Assembly (NCBI GenBank): GCA_963920595.1
Contig: OY986948.1
Span: forward strand, 4,464,001-4,528,000
Direction of reading: 5' to 3'
From: Eimeria praecox
Lineage: Eukaryota
DNA: 64,000 bases
This document shows, piece after piece, positions 48,237 through 61,330 of this stretch. Under the pieces are notes generated by a model. The model did no database searches. It was not told the DNA's origin and was given only the letters and a program-made list of their open reading frames with translations. Positions within the stretch are counted from its first letter, which is position 1. Every line of letters begins with the position of its first letter. The position numbers were made by a program, and so were the translations under genes.

Positions 48237-48666
48237 CCTCCTCCTCTTGGTGCTGCTGCTGCTCATCCTCTTGCTGCTGCTGCTCCTCATGCTGATGCTG
48301 CTGCTCTTGCTGCTTATCTTGTTGCTGCTGCTGCTGCTCTTGTTGCTTATCTTGTTGCTGCTGCTGCTGTTGCTGTTCCTGCTGCTTCTGCTGCTCATCC
48401 TCTTCCTCTTGTTGCTGCTGTTGTTGCCTTAGTTGATGTTCCTGCTGCTGCTGTTGCTGCTGCTGCTTCTCTTCTTGCTGCTGCTGCTGTTGCTGTTGCT
48501 GCTTCTGGTGTTGCTCATCCTCTTCGTGCTGCTGCTGTTGCTCATGCTCGTGTTGATGTTTCTGTTGCTGCTGTTGCTGCTGCTGCTGCTCTTGTTGTTG
48601 CTGCTGCTTCTCTCCTTCTTGTTGCTGCTGCTGGTCTTCTTGTTGTTGCTGCTGCTGCTCTTCTTC

Positions 48667-48699
<33 letters not shown>

Positions 48700-48863
48700 C
48701 TCTACGGCAGATGCTGCTGCAGCTTTCTCAGTTGTGTGTGTTGTATTCACGGCAACAAACGAATCTGAAGGAGGCAGCATCATTTGTTGTTTTGCTTCTT
48801 CTTCCTCTTTATCTTCTGTATCTTCTTTATCTTCTTTTGGTGTTTCTTCTTCTTCTTCTTTGT

Positions 48864-48905
<42 letters not shown>

Positions 48906-48982
48906 ACGGAATCAAATCTGGCAGTGCTGCTGTCTTCCCCTGCCCAGAGACTTGCTCCTCAACGTCTACATACTCGTTCATA

Positions 48983-49026
<44 letters not shown>

Positions 49027-49189
49027 TCTTTGTGCTGTGTCTTCATGCCTGCGCTTATATATTGCAGCACTATAAGGATAAGATATCTTTTCAATGTTTT
49101 GTTTGTATCTGTTCAAACCCTCAGCAGCACCAAGTATATCTGCCTGTTCTGCTTCTTCTTCCTTTTCTTCTTCTTCAGCACCAGCAGGT

Positions 49190-49226
<37 letters not shown>

Positions 49227-49446
49227 CTGTTGGTGTTGGTGTTGGTGTAGGATCTCTTCCTCTAATAAGCATTCTACTAGCAGCTTCAACAGGAACAGAT
49301 AGATTTAAATTATTATTTCTATAATTACGAAGGTTAAATACACCAGGGCTGTTACTATGGGGGTGTGGGGCAGACATAGAAGATAGAGGGGAAGGTATAA
49401 CGCCTCCATTCATTGCAGCAAGTGGTGTTATTGCTGCTGCTGCTGG

Positions 49447-49487
<41 letters not shown>

Positions 49488-49861
49488 TTGCTGCTGTAGA
49501 AGAAGGAGAAGAGGATGAACGTACCAGAGGCACAGAACGAGAAAGAGGCGATGGAAGAGTTGTGCTGCTGCTGCTGCTGATGCTGTTGTTTCTGCTGCTG
49601 TTGCTGCTGCTGCTGCTGTTGTTGTTGTTGTTGTTGCTGCTGCTGCTGCTGCTGTTGAGTACTACTGGCTGCAGCAGAGGGTCTGCTGCAGCATTCAACT
49701 GTATATCCTGCTGTCTGCTGCTGTCTTCCCCAGGTAGCACAGGCAGAATGGTTTGTAGAGAGTTGAGCAAACTATGAATCTTCTTCTCTAGCTCTCTGTC
49801 TCCTTCTATCCTTTCCTGCTGCGATAGCTGAGGCGCCTCCCTTCTATCCCCTTGTTGTTGC

Positions 49862-49893
<32 letters not shown>

Positions 49894-50223
49894 TTGCTGC
49901 TGTTGCAAGAGCTGCTCCTGTTCCTGCTGCTCTGCGCTGTTCCTTAGTCGAGATACGCGTTCTGATATAGATTCGATAGTCCCCGCACTGCTGTTTCTGC
50001 TGCTGTTGCTGCTGCTGCTGCTGTTGCTGCTGTTGCTGCTGCTGTTGTTGTTATTGTTGTTGATGCTTCTTCTGATTCTGCTGTAGCTGCTAGGTGTTCT
50101 GCTGCTGTGTCTCCCTGCGTCTCGACGCAAAATGCTTCTGCGGCCGTGCTCTGTGTCTTCAAGTTGCTGCTGCTCTCCAGTGTATGTTTGCTGCATCCTT
50201 GCGTCTGCAAGCTGTTCCTCTGG

Positions 50224-50259
<36 letters not shown>

Positions 50260-50823
50260 TTGCTGTAGCTGCTGCTGTATCTGCTCCTGTAGCTGCTGCT
50301 GTATTTGCTCCTGTAGCTGCTGCTGTATCTGTTGCTGCTGTTGCATCTGTTGTTGCTGCTGTGCTTGTTGCTGTAGCTCTTGCTGCTGCTGCTGCTGCTG
50401 TAGCTGCTGCTGCAGCTGCTGCTCTAGCCGTTGCAGCTGCTGCGACAGCTGCTGCTGATACTGCTGTCTGTCTCTTAAAGTTTGTTCTTCTTCTTCCCTT
50501 CTCGCTCTGTCTCCAGCTACACGGAGATTGTGGGGCCTCTCTGCTTCTTGTGTCTGGTGTCTGCGCTGCTGCTGCTGCTGCTGTTGCTGCTGTTGCTGCT
50601 GTTGCTGTTGTTGCTGTTGTTGTTGTTGTTGTTGTTGTTGTTGTGGCTGCTGCTGCCGCTGCTGTTCGCGTTGTAGTTGAAGCTGCTGCAGCTGCTGCAG
50701 CTGCTGCAGCTGCTGCAGCAACACTTCTCTTTCGATGGTGTCCCTTGAAGTTCTTCTGTTTCTTTCTCGCTGTTCTTCTTCTTGTTTCCTTGTAGCCTCC
50801 AAAGCCTCCTCTTCTAGTTGCCC

Positions 50824-50875
<52 letters not shown>

Positions 50876-51207
50876 TTGCTGCTGCTGCTTCCCTGTCTCG
50901 CTATGAGATCGGCAGACCTGGACCGGTGCAGCTGCAGCTGCGGCGGCAGCTGCGGCTGCTGCTGCTGTTGCTGCAGCTGCGGCTGCTGCTGCTGTCGTTC
51001 CTGCTGCCGCAGCTCTGTCCTGCTACGAGTTGCTGCTGTCTCTGCTTCATGTGGCCTTCTTGACACGACAACTGGATATCTCACCTCGTCTCTCGATGAG
51101 ACTCTGCTGCTACTGTTGCTGATGCTGCCCCTGCTGCTGCTGCTGCTGCTGCTGCTGGTGTTGCTGTTGCTACTGCTGCTTCTGCTGCTGCCTATCCTGC
51201 TGTTGCC

Positions 51208-51243
<36 letters not shown>

Positions 51244-51941
51244 AGCTGGGGGCTGAATAGCTAGATGCGAGCCTCGGATCTGCATCTCCACCCTATCTCG
51301 AGGCACCACTGTATCGCTCACACCGACTCGCACGTCCGGGGATCGAGCCCGGGATCGATCCCCCTGGGATCGTTCCTGGGATCGTTCCTGGGATCGTTCC
51401 TGGGATCGTTCCTGGGGTTGTTCCTGGGATCGTTCCTGGGATCGATTCCATCGCGCCAGCTCCAACTGCATTCGCTCTCTCTCCATACGTGCACCTTCAA
51501 GACGAGCAAGTGCTAGCTGTTCTTCTAGATGAGCCTCAAAGGCTTCTTGTATGGCATGAAGAGGGAACGAAGGGTCCCCCTCAAGAGCAGCAGCAGCAGC
51601 AGCAGCAGCTGCTGCAGCAGGAGCTGCAGCAGGTGCTGCAGCTGGTGCTGGGGTAACAGCAGCAAACGATGCTGCTGCTGCAGGTGCAGCAGGCCTGCGA
51701 TAGAGTCTATCATCGTAGCTGTCTGTGATGGTCTGAACGTTTACTTCTGTATGTTCTGTTGATCTCTGTTGATATCTTGGTGCTGCAGATACATCTGTTG
51801 CTGCTGCTGTTGCTGCTGCTGGTAAGGGTGCTGCTGTTGCTGCTGCTGTGACAGGAGGCGTAGAGAGAGGAGTCAAGGTTGCTGTTGCCACCGTTGTGTA
51901 GGTCCTTGACAGTGGAAGAACCTGCTGCTGCTGCTGCTGCA

Positions 51942-51975
<34 letters not shown>

Positions 51976-52245
51976 TAAACGAATAGAATCCGATGCATGC
52001 AGGAAATTTGATAGTTGTTGCTCTAGCAAAGCCTTACGAATAGCTTGTTGCTGTTCCGTGAGCCCTCCCGCAGGAACAATATATGTATAAGGAGATGTTA
52101 ATAAACCTTCTTCAGGGGCTGTTGAAGAAATAGAAAGAGGCGTTTCTCTATATAAACGAATATCTCCAGGGTTTGATAGAGCAGCAGCTGTTGATTGCGC
52201 CTGAAGCAGCAGCAACAATATACAGCTCAACACAAACACCAACAT
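46210..52245 (-). CDS. Large, probably secreted low-complexity protein (about 2011 aa, apparently single exon)
   Basis: Uninterrupted ORF of more than 6 kb with repeats in Q/A/S/E frames. The ATG at 52245 begins a classical signal peptide (MLVFVLSCILLLLLQAQSTAAA). Contains ERSQ repeats, a Q/E-rich core, a Tyr-rich block and SSSSIG repeats at the C-terminus. Upstream in-frame ATGs exist. Confidence 0.75.
51350..51446. repeat. 12-bp coding minisatellite (TTCCTGGGATCG), about 7 copies, encoding ERSQ
   Basis: Seen directly. Confidence 0.85.
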
Positions 52246-53395
52246 CCCTAGTACATAGTGATGAAAGAAAGAGGATGTTCTTCTTCTATTTATTAAATAT
52301 TTTAATATCTTTTGAATATTAAATAAAAAAAAAGAACAGAAATTAATAATTGATGGTGTTGTTTGATTCTCATTCTTAATCCGTCGAGCTAAGGAGGGCA
52401 TCATAAGCCCGAGGGTATACGCTGAACAAACAGTAAGCAACATATTTATATTTATTTGAATCAATACAATACAGATATCTGTTGAATACGATAATATTTA
52501 TAGAATATCAAATCACTAGATATTATCCTCGGTATATAAGGACACGAAGATGTTTTATATATATATCTATCTCTCTCTATATATATATATATATCTATAT
52601 ACAACAACACAGGTATAAAACAGATCAGCGTATAGAAAATATACTCAGTAACAGCGAATTATTCTTTACAATTGAAAAATAAACAAAGTATATGTAGAAA
52701 AATCAATTAATAAAAGAATGATGATGGGTTTTATATAAATAACACAGACAAACCAAACCAAACAAACAGCTATCGCGTCAACCGCCATGAGCCAGCGGCC
52801 TCTGCGGTCTCGTTTGAAGTAGCAGCTATCAAGGGCCTCCCTGAGACTATTTTTAAGAGTATATCAAAGAAAATATATCTAATTAATTGTTTAATTACAT
52901 TATTTAATTGATATCCACTTTATTTTCGCTCTTTTAACGGAGAAAAACATACACACAGAACCCTATCGGCTTGTTGTATCGATTTACACAGCTAGTCAGA
53001 CACTTTGCGCAATCTCAGGATAATTGTTGTTGTTATCGATGAAAATTTAATATTTTTGATTTAATTAATAATTATTTTTCTATTTTTAATTCGTACTTTT
53101 CATAAAAAGAGGCAGCAAAGGGCGCTTTCCAACAGCATCGATCACTCTCCACTCACCTGTCGTTAGTGACCTCACGAGACACGAAGCTTTGCACTGTTTT
53201 CTCTTCATCTTCTTGTTCTTCTTCTTCTTCTTCTTCTTTTTTATATTTATTTATATATTTTAATTATTTATATCAATTTTAATGAAGAACAACAAGGTAT
53301 CAGAGTTGCTACTAACTCCATATGCGCATTGACTTGAGATGAAAGACGCAAAGTCGAGGCGTTTCGTTCAATATTTCTTGTATTTCTTCCTTCCC

Positions 53396-53432
53396 TAGGG
53401 TTTAGGGTTTAGGGTTTAGGGTTTAGGGTTTA
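53396..53432. repeat. (TTTAGGG)n interstitial telomeric repeat
   Basis: About 5 units. Confidence 0.9.
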
Positions 53433-53565
53433 TCTGCTGCAAGGATTGTAGTTATTAACCCCTCTCTCCTGTTTAGGGGAGTTTACTCGAATACATAGGT
53501 CTTTTATACACCTACCTAGCGGCATACGTAGATCCCATAGAATGCACATATACTGATATTTTGTG

Positions 53566-53673
53566 AATATCTATATCTATATCTATATCTATATCTATAT
53601 CTATATCTATATCTATATCTATATCTATATCTATATCTATATCTATATCTATATCTATATCTATATCTATACA

Positions 53674-53711
<38 letters not shown>

Positions 53712-53725
53712 TATATATATAGATA

Positions 53726-53759
<34 letters not shown>

Positions 53760-54072
53760 CATATATGTATATATATATATATATATAGATAGATAGATAG
53801 ATATAGATATAGATATAGATATAGATATAGATATAGATATAGATATAGATATAGATATAGATATAGATATAGATACAGATATAGATATAGATAGATATAT
53901 ATAGATAGATATAGATATAGATATAGATATAGATATAGATATAGATATAGATATAGATATAGATATAGATATAGATATAGATATAGATATATAGATATAG
54001 ATATAGATATAGATATAGATATAGATATAGATATATAGATAGATTGACAGATAGATAGATATAGACACAGAT
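53566..54072. repeat. Inverted compound microsatellite (ATATCT)n-(TA)n-(AGATAT)n
   Basis: The left and right arms are reverse complements of one hexamer. Confidence 0.85.
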
Positions 54073-54615
54073 ATAATAATAAATTAATATATAATAATAA
54101 TCCTGATATCTAGTCTGTGTGTAGGCTATCTGCGATATTTTCTGTGCATGTTTGTCTGTCTATATTATAATAATCGAAGAAATATTTAAAAATAAATATT
54201 AAACGCAAGCTGAATGCGTTGAGTACAGTGTCTGTACAGCCGTGAAGACAGCCTCAACATGCGCGCCACAACGCCTATCGTTCGTCTGTAAGACGAAATC
54301 GAGGGGGGAGCTGCTACTCTGCAGCAAAGCAAAGCCTCATCATTCAGCTACAGCAACTGCTGCTGCTGCTTGTGTTGCTGCTGCAGCAGCAGCAGCACAA
54401 GCAGCAGCAGCAGCAGCAGCAGCAGCACAAGCAGCAAAGTGCTGTTCAATTAAGAAAAGAAAGACAGACGCCAACAGATAAATACAGAGGCAACCAAATA
54501 ATATATGAGAGGAAGAACCAAAGACCATTCATTGATTGTGTTCGTGAGAATTTAATCGTACACAACTACACCGATAAACAGACAAACCCATGTACGTAGT
54601 ACGGCATCCCTCATC

Positions 54616-54647
<32 letters not shown>

Positions 54648-55343
54648 CTTGTTGCTGCTGTTGCTGCTGCTGTTGCTGATGTTGCTGCTGCTGTTGTAAC
54701 AGGTGTAGCAACTGCTGCTGCTGCAGCAACTGCTGCTGCTGCTGCAGCAACTGCTGCTGCTGCTGCAGCAGCGTTTTCAAGACAACACAACACGGCTGCC
54801 GCTACCACTGCATACGAATACATCGCGCTGCTCCCCCTCATAGGATGCTGTAGGTTGTTCTGCGGCGAGTCAAAGAACTGCTTCCTGCTGCTGTCGCTGC
54901 TGCTGCTGCAGCTGCTGCAGCTGCTGCTGTTGCTGCTGCTGCAGCTGCTGTTGCTGCTGCAGCTGCTGTTGCTGCTGCAGCTGCTGTTGCTGCTGCAGCT
55001 GCTGTTGCTGCTGCTGCATCTGCTGTTGCTGCTGCAGCTGCTATCGCTACAGCTACATCTGCTGTTGCTGCTGCAGCTGCTCTCCTCTCAACTTCATCTC
55101 CCTCATACCCAAAGCCATGTACTGTGTTGACTGTAGTATAAACTGCTGCTGTGCGGCGCGGCGCACAAGCCAAAATAAACAGAAGAACTAACTACCTATC
55201 CCTGATGCTGCAAATATCTCTCTGCATACAACAAGTTTTCTCTTGAATAGAACAGACCTAAGAATCATAACAAGCCTGACCAGTGGTCAGCTGGAGGCGT
55301 GTGATGTACATACACCCCCATCCAGCATTCGCTGATGTGAGGG

Positions 55344-55425
<82 letters not shown>

Positions 55426-55432
55426 TTTGAGA

Positions 55433-55456
55433 TGCATGCATGCATGCATGCATGCA
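55433..55456. promoter_or_regulatory. (TGCA)6 array of the coccidian TGCATGCA motif
   Basis: Six tandem TGCA units starting a few nt downstream of the stop codon of the acidic protein gene. Confidence 0.6.
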
Positions 55457-55461
55457 TGAGG

Positions 55462-56468
55462 TCAAGTACGGGCTCGTTTGGGTTGTGGTTCTTGAGTGTT
55501 ATCTTCTGTTTCTGCTTCTGCTTCTTCTTCGGCATGTTCTGATTCATCATCAACATCTTCTGTGCTTTGTGCTTCTAATTGAGCATCATCATCATCAGGT
55601 TCAACTTCTTCTACATCATCATCGCTATCACTATCTCCTTGTGAGTCTTCTGCATCTTCCTGTTCGAAGTTTGTATCTTCTGTTTGTTGTATTTGTATAT
55701 TCTGACGTTTCTGTCCTACCGTTGGATGTGCTTCTTCTTGTGCTGCAGCTCCTTCTTCATCTTCTTCTTCTTCATCTTCTTCATCTTCTTCTTCATCTTC
55801 TTCTTCTCCATCATCATCATCATCTTCTTCATCTTCTTCTAAGCTTTCATCTATATCTTCACTTAATACTTCTTCTTCTTCTTCTCCTTCTTCTTCTACT
55901 ACCTCTTCTCCTCCCTCTTCTACTTCTGCTGGCTCAGCAATCTGATCTCCTCCTCCTCCTTCTTCTTCTTCTACAGAAGCATCATCATCTTCTTCTCCTT
56001 CATACACCTCACTCGCTATAAAAAAATGAAAACAAACAAACAAATATACAAGTACGCAATAGGTCTACAAGTACAAACAAAGATAGCAGATAGAGTATAT
56101 GTTCATAATACACCGTAACAGACCTCAAAAGATGTGGAATTCGCATATAAATTCAAACATAACATATTCAACAATCTTAGATTTTATTATAAAGAATATA
56201 TTTTAAAGTTTCACGCATCAAATCTTGCAACTACATCTTGTTAACATGAAGCAACTAGAGGACGGCCATATACGGTGGTAAGGGTTCTAGTACGCCACAA
56301 TAAAACAAAAAATAAATATAAAACACATCCTATGCACTGTATAAATAAAGATAAATATAAAAATATAAATAAACAGAGCATCAATATTTACGTATTCAAC
56401 ATACCGCTGTCAACTTGTTCCTCTGCTTCCTTCGCAGCAGGAATGCCTGGTTGAGCTTTCGTCGACAT
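55462..56468 (-). CDS. Small hyper-acidic protein with a C-terminal NLS-like motif (about 205 aa, 2 exons)
   Basis: Exon 1 is 56468-56405 (MSTKAQPGIPAAKEAEEQVDS, GTATG donor). A tttttttatag acceptor leads to exon 2 at 56015-55462 in matching phase 1. The protein is dominated by D/E, has an internal GQKRQ and ends EPQPKRART*. Confidence 0.8.
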
Positions 56469-57499
56469 TATTTTGCGTGTATTAAATTGAAAAGAAGTAG
56501 ATTAAGTTTTATATATTTAAAAGATTTTCTATTCTTTTCTTTGAAATTTAATTAATTTGTTCTTCTTCTATTCGATGCAGCAGGAAATACGAGCCTTGTA
56601 GACCCGTCTGCCGCTGCCTCCTACCGACGAGTCAACTATGCTATTCCTGCTGTTGAAAGCCACAAGAAAATTATATAATTTGTTTGTTTATTTGAAGAAA
56701 TGAACATCAAAGAAATTCCAAATAGTTTCTCCAAGCCAAGGTTACAAATCAGCGACGAATGTTGTGGTGTATGCCCACAAGAACAGATCGCAGGTGCACA
56801 GCCAGTAAGTCTTGATGAATTGAAGAGCTCACAATTTAATTAAATTGAATTCTTAAACACTTTAAATAAAGAAACAAATTATGTCTTGTACAAAAACCAT
56901 GAATAAATAAGTCGCGAGTTTACGTATTCAACACCCTAGGAGGAATTAACAAGGAGGCAGAGGCACAAGGCGACAGGGGTTGACAGGCTGTATTTGATTT
57001 CAAGCTTCAACAAACAAACACCAAATAGAATATATGAAGATTTTCTTATTAATATTTACAAACATAAATCAAACGAATAACACAAAGCTGCTCCAGGGCA
57101 TGCATTTGTAGAAGCCTCCTCGAGTAGTGTCTATCTGCGCACTAATCGTAAACAGCAGCAGCAGCCTTTGTTGTTTTTTTATTTAATATTGAGCCCCAAA
57201 TAATATTTTCATTATTTTAAAAATCAAAATGATCCTCTACAAATTACAGATATGCCTTTATCCCTCAGCCTTCAAAACATATTCACATCATGATTAGTAG
57301 CACAGACCTCCTTGTACTCGTTGTGGCTGGGCTTGCTGCTGTGCATCTTGAATAAAAGTATTTTATATTTATTAAAAACAGTCATAAGATTTAATAAATA
57401 TAAAATATTTAACATGAGTGTTATCCCCAAAGCAGATAGCCTCCCCCTCATCCTCCTATCATACTGAGCACAGCTGGGCTTGTTGTAGCATTGTAGCAT

Positions 57500-59500
57500 T
57501 GTCCCTTATGTTGGTACGAGTATTTCTACTTGCATGCACGTTTGCTCCTGGCTTCCAAGTAAGTCATTAGTAATTGTTGACATTATTAGTGCGTACATCA
57601 AGAGGAGAGGATGCGTGGGTATACCTGCATGTGGGGTTGCACTCTCAAGCAGGAGTTGCAGCAATCTCCATTACATCGCTGGGGGGGAAGGATCTTCTCC
57701 CCACCGCATCATCCATAGGACGTTGAATAGCTGTGCTCACGTTCTCCCTAGATTTAGATTAACTTGTTTTGGGGGCCTCTTCCTTTAATTTGCTTGGATC
57801 TACTGCAGCTCACGACGGTCCTCGACTGTGATCGAAGACGCTCCTTACACTTGACAGCACTGCACGGTTCATCGGGCCAGAAGCGAGCAGCGAAATAGAC
57901 TAACTCCATTGTAGGGGAGCCTGGTGCACACATACTGACTACTTGTGGATGTGCTCTGCAAAATAGTTTTTGATATTATCTCATTTTTTGCCGGAAATTC
58001 AGCCCTTTCCCTCTCTTGCGTAGGGGAGATTGATAAGAGTATTATCATCCTTCGGTAAGGAGAGGCTGAAGAACTGGTTCGCTTGCTGCATTGAAACAAA
58101 CGCAATACCCCCAACCCACATCGCTGAAAATCTCTACTTGAGGGGGGAATTCCATGAAGAATGCCTCAGCTTGTGCAGGCCCTCCAAATATGATGTGCCC
58201 CTGGATGTGGTGACAGTAGAGAATAGTGGAGGAGTCTCTTTCTGTTTTGGGGACGCGCTATCGTCCTCAAAATGCACTTGAAAGGCTATATTTGCGTTTG
58301 GAGTCGTCATTCTTTGAAGTGGAGGCACGGCAATGGCGGCTCTGTCTAGCCAGGAGTGCCTACTTTCCCGAGCTCAGTAAGAGTGTGAAACGCTTCCTGC
58401 ATGCTCTGCGATGCGGGTTTATTCCAATATGGGCCAGAGGGCACTCTTTGGCGGAACTGCAAAAGCTTGAACAAGAAAAGCTATGGATATAGTGCTTCCT
58501 TTTACAATATGGCTCCTACTTGGCGTTTGCAGTGCGTAGTGGTGCTGGCGCTGCTGCTGCTGTAGCCGATGCTGGTTGTGGCGCTCCACGGCTGGCTGTA
58601 ATGGAACATCTTAGTCCTCATGCCGCTTTGGTGGCTCCGCCTTGAGCTGCAGGGGTGCAGCTGTTGCTGCTCTCTTGTGTGGCTCCCGTTAAGCCTCGGT
58701 TTCCCTTGTACTGTGGTAGGTGCAGAACCTAGCAGACAGGCTGGAGTTTCATAAAATCCTTAGCAAGAACTACGATATGGAACCCGTTTCGTATCTCAGT
58801 GCCACGTAAGGAGGGTCGTAGCAGTGTCTTCATTGTGAATGCGAGAAGGGTTGAGGGGGACTGGTCCGATGAAAGACGAAGCGAGGAGCATCTTTCCACA
58901 GAGGCAAGCAATCAACAAACAATGGAGAAAAGGAAATACACTGATATGTGAGCGTTTATGCAGCTCCCAGCAGCAGGAGCAGCACGGATTTATGAACAGC
59001 CCAGTGTAGCACAGGAATAGTCTGCCCCTATTCACAGCAGCCATACAGCCATTATCACTCTCTTAAATATTAATGGTTCTCTTCCCGAAATACAACAATA
59101 TGTATGAAAGAGCTGAAGCAGAGCAACAGCCGCAAGCTGCAGTGTCACAGCTGGGAGCTGCAGCGGAACCCGATAGCAAGCGACTCCCCATGCTGCAGCG
59201 CGTGCCCGTTTCTTTCCTCTTGCTGCTCCTCACGGGCTTCCGCCGCATCTTCACCAGCAAAATGCAGATGGAGCTGCAGGTGGTAATGGCTCGATTAGCA
59301 GCACAAGTAGTTCTAAATCTGCAGCAGCAGAGACTGCCAAACGAATATGCAATGACGGTCTGAGTACCTGTAAGGAACGAGTACTTCAGCACTAGCCTCA
59401 AAGCTGGAACAACCGCTTTGGAGAATGATGCAGTTCGGGCCTGCCAAAGTTCATTATGGCTGGCTCTGCGTTGCGCCCGTCTGGCTAGCTACCTTTTGAA
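57500..59500 (-). mobile_element. Possible decayed retrotransposon gag-like region
   Basis: Repeat-poor, stop-ridden sequence next to the integrase remnant. It has a Cys cluster resembling broken zinc knuckles near 57620-57710 (CGGE...RCNGDCCNSC) and an A/P-rich linker at about 58540-58680. Weak evidence. Confidence 0.3.
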
Positions 59501-59949
59501 GCTGGGATCCCAACAATAACCCGTTTTCCGCTGGCTTTGCTCGATATGCATGTGCTCATAAGGGATGGGTCCGGTCAGCCCCAGTGGGTGGAGCCTTGGA
59601 ATAAATTGTGGAAAAACAAATAATCCGCTTTTTGGGGTGGCACCCCAGTTGGCGAAACACCGATTATCTCTGTAATGGTTTCACTTTGGGGGTAAATCTA
59701 TCATGTAAGCCAACGCGCTAGGCGAGAATAAACCCAAATGACCCTATCCAACCCACTGCAAAGTGTTTCGTGTGCTTGTTCGCCTGCGAGATTTTGAAAA
59801 CATGCGAATACACTAGAAGACACTCGCCTGATTTCAAACCGGCCATGAACTCCGTTCATTGTAGCCTCTTGCCAAGTGTTCATACGGTTTTTCTCTCACT
59901 GGGGCCAGCAATCTATGGATCACTCCAGCGACGCGCGTGCCAGGCTGGG

Positions 59950-61330
59950 TGCGAACAACAACTAGGCATCTGACAGGCAGTTATATACCGTTTTCTCGGT
60001 GCACACGATAGATGAGGGAGAGTAACGAGTCCCAAGGTGCACTATTGTATCATAGACGAGATTGCATCAAACCGCATCGACTTTTGTGATTCGCTGTAGG
60101 GCCGCAAATCCCGCACCATCGTACAGCCCGCGATGCAATGCTATGCTCGATAGTACCCTCCATCGTGAATTCTCGCCAGAATGCGCGGGCAAACTTAGGG
60201 CCCAGGTCAACAATGGCGGTGACCGGTAAGCATGTGGCTTCCAAGCATGATTAATGATTTGTTTGGCAGCTCCCACGGCTGTCGCTGAATACGAACAAAG
60301 GTGCAGTGGCCGCATTTGCTGGGTCTACCCAGCACGCATAAATGCTATCACACCTCTGGCGCATGCTAAACCCATTATGGAGTCCACTGAAATTCCGTCC
60401 AAGTATGCTTAGCGGCCGGAAATTTCTGCAGGGAACGTAGCGTGGGCTTGTTCCCCGAATTTTGCAAGGAAGATCTCCTCACTACTCCAGAATGACATTC
60501 TGGAATAGTGAGGAAATCTTCCTTGGCTGAGGGGAGTACCCTAGGCCACCAACGGGACATGGACCTGGCCATTCTCTCCACTGCTATGCTGACCTCTCCA
60601 ACGCTAGCCCAAATAACAGCGTTCGCACCGGTCAAAACATCTGTGGGAAGCGAATCCATATATTGTCAGTGTCCATATATTGTCAGTTGAGTACACGCTA
60701 CGTGTGGTACCATAGGAGAATGCCATATGTGTTGCTGTGCTTAATCTGTCGTTCGCTGTTGAGCTCGGCAAGGGTTTCAGCCTCGTAAATATGTAAGGTG
60801 CAAGAACTCAGTTTAGACAGGATATGGATATCATCGCAGATAAGCGCATGTGTGGAGTTAAGTACTTGATAATGGGCTGGGAGGGTGCATCAGCACTGAC
60901 GTTGGTGGTACCCTTGACGTGCTTGAATGCGGAGTTGTACTGGAGTTGCCGACAGAGCCACTCAACAACTTTCCTAATCCAGTTGTGAAAGCTATTCGCC
61001 AGCCAGGTCAGGGACTGGTTATCGGTTTGAGCAGTTAAGCCCAGTTCAGGGCTTCTTGACTCCGCACCAAGCCGCGTAGAGCTCTTTTTAAAGTGCCAGT
61101 TACTTCCGCTTTCTTTGGTGGGAACGGTGTGAGCAGCAAGCAATTATTTGATGAATTTTTGAGTGAGCAGCTTTGTGAGAGCGTATCATCCCAACCACTG
61201 CAGGAAGAAGTCTGATCTGAAGTTATGCAGTCGATCTCCTTTCTCTTTTGCGATACGCCTTCCTCCATTCTGGGCTGCCAGAAGTGACAGTCTGAGTAGA
61301 ATGCCAATTCAAACTGCAACATACAACAAA
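59950..61330 (-). mobile_element. Decayed Ty3/gypsy (probably chromovirus-type) LTR retrotransposon pol: RNase H plus integrase remnants
   Basis: Frameshifted motifs in gypsy order on the minus strand. RNase H: QTDNQSLTWL...EWLCRQLQYNSAFKHVKGTTNVSADAPS. Integrase: RWWPRV; LQKFPAAKHTW/ISVDSIMGL; GCDSIYACWVD; ATAVGAAKQII; CLPVTAIVDLGPKFARAFWREF; LVYDTIVHLGTRYSP. Confidence 0.75.

Noticed and set aside
52246..52464. N-terminal extension of the 2084-aa ORF
   Set aside because: TTG start and AT-rich, UTR-like sequence. The signal peptide begins at ATG 52245, although upstream ATGs cannot be fully excluded.
54242..55173. Possible small gene(s) among CAG tracts (ORFs 54372+, 54838-)
   Set aside because: No ATG start, consistent splice model or recognisable motif; could be the 3' UTR of the acidic protein gene.
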